From a virus (taxonomy: Duplodnaviria; Caudoviricetes): a DNA stretch of 64,000 bases. The stretch covers positions 7,598 through 71,597 of IMG/VR virus record IMGVR_UViG_2857192945_000001; one strand, written 5' to 3'. Both the position numbers and the translations under genes were made by a program. Under the pieces are notes generated by a model. That model was not told the DNA's origin, ran no database searches, and saw nothing but the letters and a program-made list of their open reading frames with translations. This document shows, piece by piece, positions 38,888 through 48,798 of the stretch (position 1 is the stretch's first letter; each line of letters opens with the position of its first letter).

Positions 38888-39896
38888 AGGCACGCAGGAC
38901 CCGTATGACGCCATTCTTCTAGTGCGTATAGCGTTCCGGTACAATCAGGCCCGGAAGGCTGGAAAGAAGTCGACCGCGCAGTCCTATTCGGACCTCGTAA
39001 GCGAGACTGGCTTCAAGCCGAGGCGCATCAAAAAGAGCTTATCCAACTTGCGGCAGCTGGGCTTGATCCAGTCGAAGCAGGGTTTGTTCGGCAATAAGAA
39101 TGTGAATCATATCTGGCTCACGGAGAAAGGCAGTAGACTCGTAGAAGGCCACTCAAGCAGTACACAAAAGTGTCTGCCCGAGGGGTCTCAAATAAGTCCA
39201 CTCTATATACAGGGAGAAACAACAGGGAGTGACAACATGGAGATTAGCGTGCAGTTGCACGCAGGGTCAAAAGCGGGGTCTTTCGCCAGTCCAGGAAAGG
39301 GTGCAAGCATGATCAGACTTCCCCCGAAAGGGAAAAGAACAAAGATGAACGCGGGCGCGAGCGAGGCGAAGCCGGCCAAGCCTACGTCCGTCCTCGACGT
39401 CGTCGCCCACGTGAAGGCGAACAAGATGTTGCATCACCCCGACTCTGCGACGGGGTTGTCGTTTCTCTGGAAGCAACTGGTGTTCGAGCATCACGGCTCT
39501 GTGTCTACCGTAACGACGAAGAAGGAATTGGGACAGTTCAAAAACTTCATCAACAAGTGCCCACCCGGAACAGCAATAAAGGCCATGACTGTTGCTTTGG
39601 TTGATTGGGTGAAATTTGCGAAGACTGTCGAAGAACAGGCGGGGATAAAGAACAGTCCTTCAATGCCCAACCTCGATTTCCTATTGAAACATGCTGGCGT
39701 TGCTGTAAACCTGATAGCGAAATCCCCCAAATCGCCGTCAAAGCAGGAGGCTGGCACCGGCATGATTTCGTCCAAGGATGTGCAATTAATTTCACAAACC
39801 AAACCGAAGGCGGATAAGCCTGCGGCTGAGGTCGATGACGCCATGCCGTCGAGCCTCGATGATCTTATCAAGGCCATCAACGGGGGCGGCTTATGA
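38859..39896 (+). CDS. Putative replication initiator with N-terminal winged HTH
   Basis: SYSDLVSETGFKPRRIKKSLSNLRQLGLI; low-complexity linker; precedes loader-like and helicase genes. Confidence 0.6.
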   Translation: MTNLLARAFEGTQDPYDAILLVRIAFRYNQARKAGKKSTAQSYSDLVSETGFKPRRIKKSLSNLRQLGLIQSKQGLFGNKNVNHIWLTEKGSRLVEGHSSSTQKCLPEGSQISPLYIQGETTGSDNMEISVQLHAGSKAGSFASPGKGASMIRLPPKGKRTKMNAGASEAKPAKPTSVLDVVAHVKANKMLHHPDSATGLSFLWKQLVFEHHGSVSTVTTKKELGQFKNFINKCPPGTAIKAMTVALVDWVKFAKTVEEQAGIKNSPSMPNLDFLLKHAGVAVNLIAKSPKSPSKQEAGTGMISSKDVQLISQTKPKADKPAAEVDDAMPSSLDDLIKAINGGGL

Positions 39897-40462
39897 CAGT
39901 CGACCCATTCAAGGACGGCGTGCTCGTCAAGGAGCATCATGAGCGGCTGGTCGCAGATATAGAAAATTTCGCGCTGGACGCCGGTATTCAGCAGCACTGG
40001 ATCTGGCAGGCGCTTCCGAATGACTTCACTAAGGCCGAAATCGACTATCTGAAAAGTTTCCGCAAGCACCTGCAGGGCGGGACCGGAGTGTCCGGTCTCG
40101 TCTATACGGGTACGAATGGTGCGGGAAAGATGGAAGCTCGCATGTCTGCGATGGCGGGGGCGCTGGTGCGCAACTTCATCCGGGCGCGGGTGATGACTCT
40201 TGGCACTGTTCTCGATTTGCTGTCTGCCAAGGACATGCCGGATCTCACCTGCATCCTGATCCCGAATTTCTTCTACACGGAGGCCGAAGGCGGCTCGATC
40301 GCCAAGTGGCAGGTTTCGGCCTTGCTAGATTTCCTGTCGCAACGCCAGGTCGCCGGTCAGCAGACTGTTCTGTTCGCCTCGAATAAGACCGTCTTGCGGA
40401 AGGAATACGGCCTCGGATTTGGGGAGCTGATCTCGAACCATTTCCTCGAAGTGGGGGTGTGA
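39893..40462 (+). CDS. Degenerate DnaC/IstB-like helicase loader
   Basis: GLVYTGTNGAGKM, LLDFLSQR, TVLFASN, YG pattern of DnaC-like proteins; Walker B acidic residues absent. Confidence 0.5.
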   Translation: MTVDPFKDGVLVKEHHERLVADIENFALDAGIQQHWIWQALPNDFTKAEIDYLKSFRKHLQGGTGVSGLVYTGTNGAGKMEARMSAMAGALVRNFIRARVMTLGTVLDLLSAKDMPDLTCILIPNFFYTEAEGGSIAKWQVSALLDFLSQRQVAGQQTVLFASNKTVLRKEYGLGFGELISNHFLEVGV

Positions 40463-40463
40463 G

Positions 40464-41750
40464 TTGAGCTTAGGAAAGATGTTTATCTCGGCTGTTTTGG
40501 CCGAAGGATCAGTTGCCGGCTTGCTCCAGTTCGGAGACATGGAAGGCTTGTTCAAGGCTAACGAAGTTCCGGTCTACAAATTCGTCCGCGAGTTCGTGAA
40601 GCAGTATCAGGCGTTACCGAAGCCAGAAACCATCCTCGCCCATGTGGACGAGGCGCTGGTCCCTCACAAGGAGCCGGCGGCATACTATCACGACCTGCTT
40701 CTCATGCGGGATACGGAGCATCGTCTCAAGAAGGCGATGCAGAACGCGTCTGAGAACCTGCAGCCAAACCAGAAAGACCCCGAGAAAGCGTTACTTGCCC
40801 TGACGACAGCGGTGATGGAACTCGTCTCGAGGCGCCAGTCGAAGCAGGTGGTGGACTTCCGCGAAGCGCACGACGCTCTCGTTCAGGATTATGTCCAGAA
40901 GTGGAAGACTTCGGACCAGTACGGCATTCAGTTCGGTTGGCCGACGCTCGACGCCATGATGGGGGGACTCGTCAAAGGCGATATGGTCAGTCTCGTCGGT
41001 CGCCCTGCAGCGGGCAAGACGTGGCAGCTGCTTAAAACCGCTCTGCACGGTTGGCTCCTCGGTATGGAGATGGCCGAGCCGACGCCGGTGGACATTCAGA
41101 ACCAGACACGTCTGTTCGTATCGATGGAGATGAACCCGCTCATTGTTCAGCAACGACTCGGTTCAATGGTGACGCATCTTCCCGCGAGCAAGATCAAGAA
41201 TGCGGGGCTCACCACGGCGAACTTCGCCAAGTATTCCGAGGGCCTGAAACTCATTCAGGGCCATCATTCACCGTTCTGGGTGGTGGACGGGAACCTGACA
41301 GCGACCGTCGAAGATATCTGGATGCTGGCCCGCCAGCTCAAGCCAGGCGGCATATGGATCGACGGTGGTTATCTTCTCAAGCACCCGTATGTGAAGGACC
41401 GGTATCAGCGCGTTGCTGAAAATGCCGACTTGATCAAACAGGAGCTCGCGGCCATCGCACCGACGACTGTCTCATGGCAGTTCGCAAAGACCGCGGCCAA
41501 AAAGGACAAGAAGAAGGGCGAGAAAGCCGGCCTTGAAGATATCGGCTACACTGACGCGATCGCTCAGGTGAGTTCGATCGTCCTCGGCATTTTTGAACCC
41601 GACAGCGTTGAGACGCTCAAGCAGCGGACCATCGACATTCTCAAGGGGCGAAGTGGTGAGGTCGGAAAATTCATTACCAACTGGAACTTCGATCAGATGG
41701 ACTTTGACGAGATCGTTGATCCGGACGTCGAAGATTTGCAGTTCCTTTAG
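40464..41750 (+). CDS. dnaB: Replicative helicase (DnaB-like)
   Basis: GWPTLDAMMGGL, GRPAAGKT, FVSMEM, IWIDG, LKGRSG. Confidence 0.88.
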   Translation: MSLGKMFISAVLAEGSVAGLLQFGDMEGLFKANEVPVYKFVREFVKQYQALPKPETILAHVDEALVPHKEPAAYYHDLLLMRDTEHRLKKAMQNASENLQPNQKDPEKALLALTTAVMELVSRRQSKQVVDFREAHDALVQDYVQKWKTSDQYGIQFGWPTLDAMMGGLVKGDMVSLVGRPAAGKTWQLLKTALHGWLLGMEMAEPTPVDIQNQTRLFVSMEMNPLIVQQRLGSMVTHLPASKIKNAGLTTANFAKYSEGLKLIQGHHSPFWVVDGNLTATVEDIWMLARQLKPGGIWIDGGYLLKHPYVKDRYQRVAENADLIKQELAAIAPTTVSWQFAKTAAKKDKKKGEKAGLEDIGYTDAIAQVSSIVLGIFEPDSVETLKQRTIDILKGRSGEVGKFITNWNFDQMDFDEIVDPDVEDLQFL

Positions 41751-41754
41751 GATG

Positions 41755-41791
41755 TGCAATTAATTGCATTATACCGACCAACAGCTAAGAT
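41755..41791 (+). promoter_or_regulatory. Palindrome overlapping -35 of a putative promoter
   Basis: TTGCAT 41764-41769, 16 nt, TAAGAT 41786-41791. Confidence 0.55.
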
Positions 41792-41815
41792 TGAAGAAAG
41801 AAACAGGAGGCCATA

Positions 41816-42271
41816 ATGGCGATCGTTCTCAACAAACCAAAGGTTCAGCAGCAGACCGCGGTGAAGCCCGATCCGTATCTGTCCGAGTTCGCGGACAAGA
41901 TCGATGCCGTTGGTCGCCTTGAGGCGGTGGCTCTGAAGGTGAAGGACAAAGTCAAGAAACTGCAGGAGGAATTGAAGCCTTACACCAAGGCGCACAAGGA
42001 ACTGCAGGAGATCATGAACGAGCTCGGTGACCCCGACGCGGCAATTGAAGAACTCGGTGTCGAGTTCAAGGTGGAGGCCGGTTCTCGCGGTACAGCTCGC
42101 GAGGTTATCGACATGAAGCGGGTCCATGAGATCCTGGGTGACGAGCTTTTTTACAAGTGTGCCACGATTACTCTCAAGGACCTCGATGCCTACATGATCG
42201 AGCCGCAGCGCAAGGAAGTGATCAAAGAGTCCCGCACCAGCCGCACCCTCAAAATCACTGCGAGGAAGTGA
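41816..42271 (+). CDS. Hypothetical coiled-coil protein
   Basis: AGGAGG SD, 151 aa. Confidence 0.7.
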   Translation: MAIVLNKPKVQQQTAVKPDPYLSEFADKIDAVGRLEAVALKVKDKVKKLQEELKPYTKAHKELQEIMNELGDPDAAIEELGVEFKVEAGSRGTAREVIDMKRVHEILGDELFYKCATITLKDLDAYMIEPQRKEVIKESRTSRTLKITARK

Positions 42272-42272
42272 C

Positions 42273-42920
42273 ATGAAGTTTCAGGCTCCCCTGACAATCG
42301 AAGCGGATAGCCCCGAAGAAGCCGAAGCCCTACGGTTGAAGGTGTTCAAAATCCTCGGTGCATTGCCGATCGAGTTGGGGGACCTGGCTCCTGCGGGAAC
42401 GGTCGTCACCCCTACAGGACCCGGCGTGATCGAAGTCTACACCGACGGAGGCTGTGACCTGAAAAAGGACGGTCTCGGTGCTTGGGCCTATGTCATCAAA
42501 TTTGCCGACGGCCAGCGTGTGGAGCACACAGCCGGCGAGTTCGGCACCACGAACAACCGCATGGAAATGATAGCGGTCATCCGTGCGCTCGAGACGATCG
42601 AGATCGGCCAGTCCATCAAGATTTACTCTGACAGTGAATACCTGATCAAAGGCTGCACGCAGTGGTCCCTCAATTGGATGAAGAACGGCTGGAAGACCTA
42701 TCAGGGAAAAGCCGTGATCAACCGCGACCTATGGGAGATCCTGCTTGCCTTGTATCAGTTGCACGACGTGACCTTCGAATGGGTGAAGGGCCATGCTGGC
42801 GTCGAGGAGAATGAACGCTGTGATCAGTTGTGCACTCAGACGATGCAGGAGCTTCATAAGACTGCCTTGTCTGAGGCAACCAAGGAACCGGAATACATTG
42901 TAGGCACTGGCGCTTTCTAA
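42273..42920 (+). CDS. rnhA: Ribonuclease HI
   Basis: YTDGG, TTNNRME, SDSEY, NRDLW, WVKGHAG...NERCD. Confidence 0.95.
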   Translation: MKFQAPLTIEADSPEEAEALRLKVFKILGALPIELGDLAPAGTVVTPTGPGVIEVYTDGGCDLKKDGLGAWAYVIKFADGQRVEHTAGEFGTTNNRMEMIAVIRALETIEIGQSIKIYSDSEYLIKGCTQWSLNWMKNGWKTYQGKAVINRDLWEILLALYQLHDVTFEWVKGHAGVEENERCDQLCTQTMQELHKTALSEATKEPEYIVGTGAF

Positions 42921-43915
42921 TGAAAATCGAGAGGACCATAAAATTCCTCAAGCTTCTCGGGGCGAAGGTTCCGATCGCGCAGCAGCGGGCAGGGTGGATC
43001 GTTTGCGACTGCCCATTAGGTCCGTGGCGCCATGAAGGCGGCAAGTCCAGTCCGGAAGTGTTTGGTGTGAAGAAGGACGCGGGAGACGCGTTTTGTAACT
43101 GCTTTTCTTGCGGCTTCCACGGGACCATGTTCGACCTGGTGCTGGAAATGCAGACCCTGAACTCAAAGCAGCACGCGGTCGATGTAAAGTGGTCGGACGC
43201 ATTCACACTGATAGAGGAGGCTGAAAACGACGCCGAGCTCAACCTTGATTTCCCCGACATAGAGGAGGTTTTGTTCGGGGAGAAGCAAGACATGCAGTTG
43301 TACCCCGAATGGTGGCTCGACAGCTTTCCGCCCTGGCGTGAGGTTCAATTTGCGCGGGACTACCTCAAGGAAAGAGATGTACCGCCGGCGCTGGCCGACG
43401 CACTAGACTTGCGTGCTGACACGAAAGACAAAGAGCGCCGCGTGTGCTTCCCGATCAGGGATTTCGAGGGGAGGTTGGTGGGTCTCCACGGACGTGCGGT
43501 AGATGAAGGCACCGATCCCCGCTATCGCATGTACCGCTACGCAAAGCGGAACAATCCTATCGTCTGGTATGGCGAGCAATGGGTGGACAGGGCACGTCCG
43601 ATTGTTGTGGTCGAAGGCCCGTTCGATGTAGCGTCAGTGCTGCGCGTTTACGACAACGTGGTAAGTCCTTTGTTTGCAAACCCGAGCGTTGCGAAAATAA
43701 AGCGTATGTCGGACGCGCTGGAGCAGTACACCTTGTTTGACCGTGGAGTGGGTGGGGACTCAGGCCGAGCCAAGTATGACGAAGTTCTCGGTGAGACGCA
43801 TATTATCGGCCATCTTATGGTTCCGGAGGGGGTTAAGGACCCAGGTGCTTCGACCCCGGAGCAATTATATGAAATTCTCAACGGTATCTTGCCCGGAGTG
43901 AAGAATAATACTTGA
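42920..43915 (+). CDS. DNA primase (Zn-binding + TOPRIM)
   Basis: CPL..H, NCFSC, FPIRD...GR, VVEGPFD, FD..G, KDPG. Confidence 0.85.
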   Translation: MKIERTIKFLKLLGAKVPIAQQRAGWIVCDCPLGPWRHEGGKSSPEVFGVKKDAGDAFCNCFSCGFHGTMFDLVLEMQTLNSKQHAVDVKWSDAFTLIEEAENDAELNLDFPDIEEVLFGEKQDMQLYPEWWLDSFPPWREVQFARDYLKERDVPPALADALDLRADTKDKERRVCFPIRDFEGRLVGLHGRAVDEGTDPRYRMYRYAKRNNPIVWYGEQWVDRARPIVVVEGPFDVASVLRVYDNVVSPLFANPSVAKIKRMSDALEQYTLFDRGVGGDSGRAKYDEVLGETHIIGHLMVPEGVKDPGASTPEQLYEILNGILPGVKNNT

Positions 43916-44002
43916 CCCGCTCAGCAGATAAGGCATTATGCAATTGATTGCACAATCATCCAGCTAACCCATTGTGAGACAACGGTTCTCAAGGAGACAA
44001 AG

Positions 44003-44827
44003 ATGGCATTGACCTTCGCAAAGAGCGCCAAATCCATGCCTGCAGGTAGTGCGGGCGTATCTCATGCATCCACCCCCAAGAAGCAGGCAAGCTCAAAAGG
44101 CGGATTGAGCTTTCTCAAGTCCGGAGCCGAAGCCCAGGAAGCTCTCGCGAACGAAGAAGCCAAGGCTGAAATGGCGAAGGCCGAGGCCGGTAAGCTCTGG
44201 CGTTTCTGGCTGAAGGAAGGCGAAGAGAAGCGCATTACCTTCCTCGACGGCGACCTCGATGATAACGGTATGCTTTCGGATCAGCGCTATTACCAGCATT
44301 CGCTCCACATGAACGGCGACTGGAAGCACTTTGTCTGCACCGCCGACGTCGACCAGAGCCAGCCGTGCCCGATCTGTGCCAAGAACGACAAGGACAGCAA
44401 ACCTGCGCTGGTAGGTGTGTTGACGGTGATCGACCACTCCGAGCATGTCATTCAGGCTGGCCCCAACAAGGGACAGGTCCGCAAGAACCAGCGTCGCCTT
44501 TACGTGATGAAGAAGGGTACGATCAAGCATCTGCAGAAGCTCGCTGAAAAGCGGGGCGGTCTTGCAGGCTGCACCTTCGATATTTCGCGAACCGGCGATA
44601 AGGAACCAGCAGTCGGCAATCAATTCGACTTTGTAGAGAAGCACGACAGCCTTGACTCCCTCGCTGCTGAACTTGGCATCAAGGTGGAAGACTGCCTGCC
44701 AGCCAACTATGCCGAGGAAATCAAATACTACTCCCCGCAGGAGTTGATCGAACTCGGTGTGGGTAAGGCACAGGGCGGCATCGGGTACGAGAAGGGCGTC
44801 AGCTCGTCTCTCAAGGATGAGCTCTAG
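44003..44827 (+). CDS. Single-stranded DNA-binding protein (gp32-like, Zn-binding)
   Basis: H..C...CPIC, DISRTG, position in replication module, strongly biased codons. Confidence 0.65.
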   Translation: MALTFAKSAKSMPAGSAGVSHASTPKKQASSKGGLSFLKSGAEAQEALANEEAKAEMAKAEAGKLWRFWLKEGEEKRITFLDGDLDDNGMLSDQRYYQHSLHMNGDWKHFVCTADVDQSQPCPICAKNDKDSKPALVGVLTVIDHSEHVIQAGPNKGQVRKNQRRLYVMKKGTIKHLQKLAEKRGGLAGCTFDISRTGDKEPAVGNQFDFVEKHDSLDSLAAELGIKVEDCLPANYAEEIKYYSPQELIELGVGKAQGGIGYEKGVSSSLKDEL

Positions 44828-44883
44828 AATTGCAATTAATTGCAAATATCGGCTGTTTGAGTCGCGTCTCGCAGCTGACAACT

Positions 44884-44920
44884 GGCGAGTTGGTCATTTC
44901 AGGCTAACTCGCCCCTTTTT
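44884..44920 (+). terminator. Intrinsic terminator-like hairpin after SSB gene
   Basis: GGCGAGTTGGTC / GGCTAACTCGCC stem then CCTTTTT. Confidence 0.55.
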
Positions 44921-44934
44921 CCAGGAGATCAGCC

Positions 44935-46302
44935 TTGGCGGTGCTCAGCGAACTCATCAGGCACGACCAGCCCCTGATTACGGATGCAATGGCGCATTAC
45001 CCGTACAAGGCACAGATCGAGCGCAAGTATCAGTTCACGTCCCGGTTCGGTGACGTCGTACCGTTGTACCGCACGGACCCGAATACGGGTCTGATCTTAC
45101 TGCCTCGGGCGATCTGCCCCGTCGGCTATAACGACAACCGCACCGATGGAGAGTACATCGAATTTCCCAAATGCCCGACTCCTCGCCCGCATCAAGAGGA
45201 GCTGTTCGACGAAACGACCGCTTTCCTCAAGGCCGGTCAGTCCGGTGTCGTCAGTGCGTACACGGGGTGGGGCAAGACCGTCCTCGGATACAAGGCGGCA
45301 TTCGAAGTCAAGCGCAAGACGCTCGTCATCACGACCAAAGACGATATTTACAAGCAGTGGTTGGACGGTGCCCAGAAGTTCCTCGGGCTGCAGCCACATG
45401 AAATCGGGGAGATCCGGGGCGACAAGTGTGAGGTAGTCGGCACGAAGTTTTGTGTCGCGATGATCCACTCGTTATCGAAGGACGGCAAGTACCCCGATTG
45501 GATCACTAAGGACTTCGGTCTGGTGATCTTCGACGAATGTCATCGTCTGCCGGCAGACCAGTTCATTGAAGTCGCCTGCATGTTCCCGGCAAAGCTTCGT
45601 CTGGGCTTGTCCGCTACCCCGAACCGTGCAGACGGCAAGGAGCTGCTGATCTTCGCGCATATCGGCCCGATCCGCGCCAAAACCGAAGCGCAGCTCATGG
45701 TGCCGAAGGTTCTCCGTTTCCGTTCCGCTTGGGATTGCCCGCGGGTGGTGCGCGAGGACAAGAAGACTGGAGGCAAGAAGGTCGTTAGACTCCCGCATGA
45801 GCCGGGGAAGACAGCGCATCTGGAGAAGATCATCGCCGCCGATCCAGTGCGTAACCACCTGATCGCAGAGCTGATCAGCATGGCACATGAGAAGGATCGC
45901 AAGATCGTCATCTTCTCGACCCTGCACGACCACCTGAAAGCGATCCACCGCGCTTGCCGCGAGAGCTTCAAGATCTCGGGCCGGGACATGGGCTATTACA
46001 TCGGCGCCAACACGGCAGCCGAGCGCAAGGCCCGCGAGAAGGAGAAGGTAAAGCCCATCCTTCTCACCACATACACGATGATGGGCGAGGGCACGTCGAT
46101 CGATTGGCTGGATCTGGCGATCCTGGCAATGCCGCGGTCGAATGTTGAGCAGCCTGTGGGGCGCATCCGCCGGGAATATCCGGACAAGCCCATGCCAACC
46201 GTCTTCGACATTATCGACGACGATAGCCCTGTTTTTTCAGGGTACGCAGCCAACCGCCACCATTGGTATCAGACGATTGGCAGTCAGATTAAGGACATGT
46301 GA
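44935..46302 (+). CDS. Superfamily 2 DExH helicase (UvsW/Res-like)
   Basis: PRPHQ, TGWGKT, DECH, GLSATP, EGTSID, QPVGRIRR. Confidence 0.92.
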   Translation: MAVLSELIRHDQPLITDAMAHYPYKAQIERKYQFTSRFGDVVPLYRTDPNTGLILLPRAICPVGYNDNRTDGEYIEFPKCPTPRPHQEELFDETTAFLKAGQSGVVSAYTGWGKTVLGYKAAFEVKRKTLVITTKDDIYKQWLDGAQKFLGLQPHEIGEIRGDKCEVVGTKFCVAMIHSLSKDGKYPDWITKDFGLVIFDECHRLPADQFIEVACMFPAKLRLGLSATPNRADGKELLIFAHIGPIRAKTEAQLMVPKVLRFRSAWDCPRVVREDKKTGGKKVVRLPHEPGKTAHLEKIIAADPVRNHLIAELISMAHEKDRKIVIFSTLHDHLKAIHRACRESFKISGRDMGYYIGANTAAERKAREKEKVKPILLTTYTMMGEGTSIDWLDLAILAMPRSNVEQPVGRIRREYPDKPMPTVFDIIDDDSPVFSGYAANRHHWYQTIGSQIKDM

Positions 46303-46326
46303 GCCAGTAACAGCAAGGAGGCTATA

Positions 46327-46653
46327 ATGGCACTGAAACTTACCAAGAAGCAGACCACCGCGACCACAACAGTCGAAAACAAAGACAAGGGCAAGACGAT
46401 CTCCGAGGAGACTAGCCAGGAGAGCGTTCATGTTCCTGAAGAGGTAACTCCGTCGGTTGCGTCCGGCGAGCAGTGCCGCGTCGGCTTCGAGGCCAGCTAC
46501 ACGCACAATCTGGGTGACTACAAATCCACCCGTATTGGTATCTCGCTCTCGATCCCGTGCTCCCACGAGGAGATCGACCAGGTCGCAGACTATGCCGAGG
46601 AATGGGTAGACGCTCGTCTCAAGAAGTGCGTCGAGGACATTGTCAACGCCTAG
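46327..46653 (+). CDS. Hypothetical protein
   Basis: AAGGAGG SD; THNLGDYKSTRI motif seen in phage replication-region proteins. Confidence 0.7.
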   Translation: MALKLTKKQTTATTTVENKDKGKTISEETSQESVHVPEEVTPSVASGEQCRVGFEASYTHNLGDYKSTRIGISLSIPCSHEEIDQVADYAEEWVDARLKKCVEDIVNA

Positions 46654-46681
46654 TTCTGCAATTAATTGCACGGAGACTGCA

Positions 46682-46939
46682 ATGCACTTCCAAGAACACA
46701 GGGTCGGCCAGTTCCAGATCGAGGCCGAGGTCATCCGCGATCATCCGGAGATCGTCATGAAGGTGATGGCCGAGGTGATCGTCGTTCGGGCCGAACACCA
46801 CCTGATCAATGACAGGGTCGAATATGACGCCTGGTCTCCGCACTTCGATATCGTCCCCGAAGGCATGATCGCGCCGAGCTACGACGTAGTTTACGACGCC
46901 GATACAGAGACGGTGACCTGGGCGAAGCAGGAGGACTGA
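46682..46939 (+). CDS. Hypothetical protein
   Basis: GGAG SD after palindrome 46657, ATG 46682. Confidence 0.65.
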   Translation: MHFQEHRVGQFQIEAEVIRDHPEIVMKVMAEVIVVRAEHHLINDRVEYDAWSPHFDIVPEGMIAPSYDVVYDADTETVTWAKQED

Positions 46940-46940
46940 T

Positions 46941-48026
46941 ATGGCAGTGAAGATCGCCAAGAAGTCCACGGCCAAGGAAACGGTCGGCGTCCTCGACATG
47001 CTCAAGACCTTCCAGAAGGACAAGGGCGATAGTATCGGTTCGGTGGGCGGGCAACTCGTCAATGCTACCCGCATCCCGACTGGCCTGTTCCCGCTCGACC
47101 TGGCGCTGGGTGGCGGCTTTCCGCGAGGGAAGGTGACGTCTATTTTCGGGCCGGAGAGCTCGAACAAGACGAACATCGCTCTGCGGGCAATAGCCATGCA
47201 CCAGATGCTGTGGCCTGAGCTGCTCTGCGTGTTCGTCGACCTCGAGAATGAGTTCAACCCGGAGTGGGCAACTCTTCTCGGCGTCGATACGAGTCGTCTC
47301 GTGGTTCTGAAACCGGCGTACGCTGAAGAATGCGTCGATCTGATCGAAGGCATGTTGCACGCCCACGACGTCGGTTTGGTGGTGCTCGACAGCATCGCTG
47401 CCATGGTCGGTCTGTCTGAGCTCGAAAAGAGCGCGGAGGGGGCTATCGTGGGTGGCGTCGGTACGATTATGGGCAAACTATACCGCAAGACGGTGGCCGC
47501 TTTGTCCGAGGCCGAGAAGCAGGGTCGCTACCCGACCCTGTTCTACATCAACCAGATCACGACCAAGATCGGGGTGATGTTCGGCAACCCGGAGACCGAG
47601 CCGGGGGGTAATAAGCCTCGCTACCAGTCTGCGATCCGCCTCCGTGTTCATGGCTCCAATGTCGTGGACAAGACCGTGTCCGACGTCATGCCTGTGGCGA
47701 AGGAGGTCAACTTCGTCGTCAAGAAATGGAAGACACCGATCCTTGCGGCTTCCGGCAAGTTCGTCATGGCCACTCAGCCTCACAAGGGCCTGCAGATCGG
47801 CCAGTGCGACGACTTCAACACGGTCAGCGAGTATCTCAAGGCGTACGGCAAGTTCGAGAAGGGCGAGAAGAACAAGGGTTGGGACATCTACGGGGAGCAT
47901 TACGACACGATCGCCCCGTTTAAGGAACGCCTATACGGAGATCCGATGTTCGGCTCCCAGGTGCGCCAGTTCATCATCAACACGATGTTGAAGCAGGGCG
48001 TCCTGGAGGAAGGGGATACGGAGTGA
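46941..48026 (+). CDS. recA: RecA/UvsX-like recombinase
   Basis: IPTG..PLDLALGGGFPRG, GPESSNKT, VVLDSIAA, INQ, KIGVMFGNPETEPGG. Confidence 0.92.
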   Translation: MAVKIAKKSTAKETVGVLDMLKTFQKDKGDSIGSVGGQLVNATRIPTGLFPLDLALGGGFPRGKVTSIFGPESSNKTNIALRAIAMHQMLWPELLCVFVDLENEFNPEWATLLGVDTSRLVVLKPAYAEECVDLIEGMLHAHDVGLVVLDSIAAMVGLSELEKSAEGAIVGGVGTIMGKLYRKTVAALSEAEKQGRYPTLFYINQITTKIGVMFGNPETEPGGNKPRYQSAIRLRVHGSNVVDKTVSDVMPVAKEVNFVVKKWKTPILAASGKFVMATQPHKGLQIGQCDDFNTVSEYLKAYGKFEKGEKNKGWDIYGEHYDTIAPFKERLYGDPMFGSQVRQFIINTMLKQGVLEEGDTE

Positions 48027-48376
48027 GCAACCCGTATCTCAACCGTCGCAACAAGCATACGATCGGGAAGTCCGGGCGGGCGTCTGAAAAACGCTTGACT
48101 CGACAGCTTCAGGCCAAGGGCCGGCCAGCATCTGGAGCCATGGAGGGCGCGAAAGGGGATATCGACCTCGAGACCGTCCTCATGGAAGCCAAAAGCACGA
48201 CCAGTCTGTCTCTCGGCGTGAAGCTTGAGTGGCTCGCCAAGATCGCCCGCGAAGCCCGTCAGGAAGGCAAGTCGCCGGCCCTGATCATTTCCTTCGTCAA
48301 TCCGGACGGCAAGCCAGTCATCGACGGTGAGTGGGTCTGCGTCCCCCGGCACGTGTGGGAGGAGAATGTCAAGTGA
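48023..48376 (+). CDS. PD-(D/E)XK nuclease, Hjc-like Holliday junction resolvase
   Basis: GRASEKR, PASGA, KGD, MEAKST. Confidence 0.7.
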   Translation: MSNPYLNRRNKHTIGKSGRASEKRLTRQLQAKGRPASGAMEGAKGDIDLETVLMEAKSTTSLSLGVKLEWLAKIAREARQEGKSPALIISFVNPDGKPVIDGEWVCVPRHVWEENVK

Positions 48377-48798
48377 AGCAGTTCGGAGCCCTACTGAAAT
48401 CCAAGGGTATAGGTGTCCCGTTCATTGTAGCTGGCGTCGATCTGGCAAAGCCTGACTCGGATGCAAGCCTGATAACTACCGGCTTTATTAAGGCCGACCA
48501 GATCATGTTGGCAGAAGGCCCGATCCAGGGTTTGGAGTGGAACACGATTACGCCCGCGAAGTGGGACACGATTGCTGACGTAAAGCCGCCTCTTCCGGAT
48601 CCCCATGATATCCCGATCGAGCTGGCTCTCAACGCGTTGCAGAACCACGGCCTGGGCATCAAGGAAGTCACCTGGAACCACGGATGGGACCAATGGCCGA
48701 CTGTCACCTTGGAGATTGCCGTTCACGGGTCTGCCGACCAAATCAAACAGACCATGACTGCCCTCCAGGGGTGGGTGATCACGAAAGGTAAATACTGA
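48373..48798 (+). CDS. Hypothetical protein
   Basis: GTGA overlap with previous stop, GGAGGAG SD. Confidence 0.6.
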   Translation: MKQFGALLKSKGIGVPFIVAGVDLAKPDSDASLITTGFIKADQIMLAEGPIQGLEWNTITPAKWDTIADVKPPLPDPHDIPIELALNALQNHGLGIKEVTWNHGWDQWPTVTLEIAVHGSADQIKQTMTALQGWVITKGKY

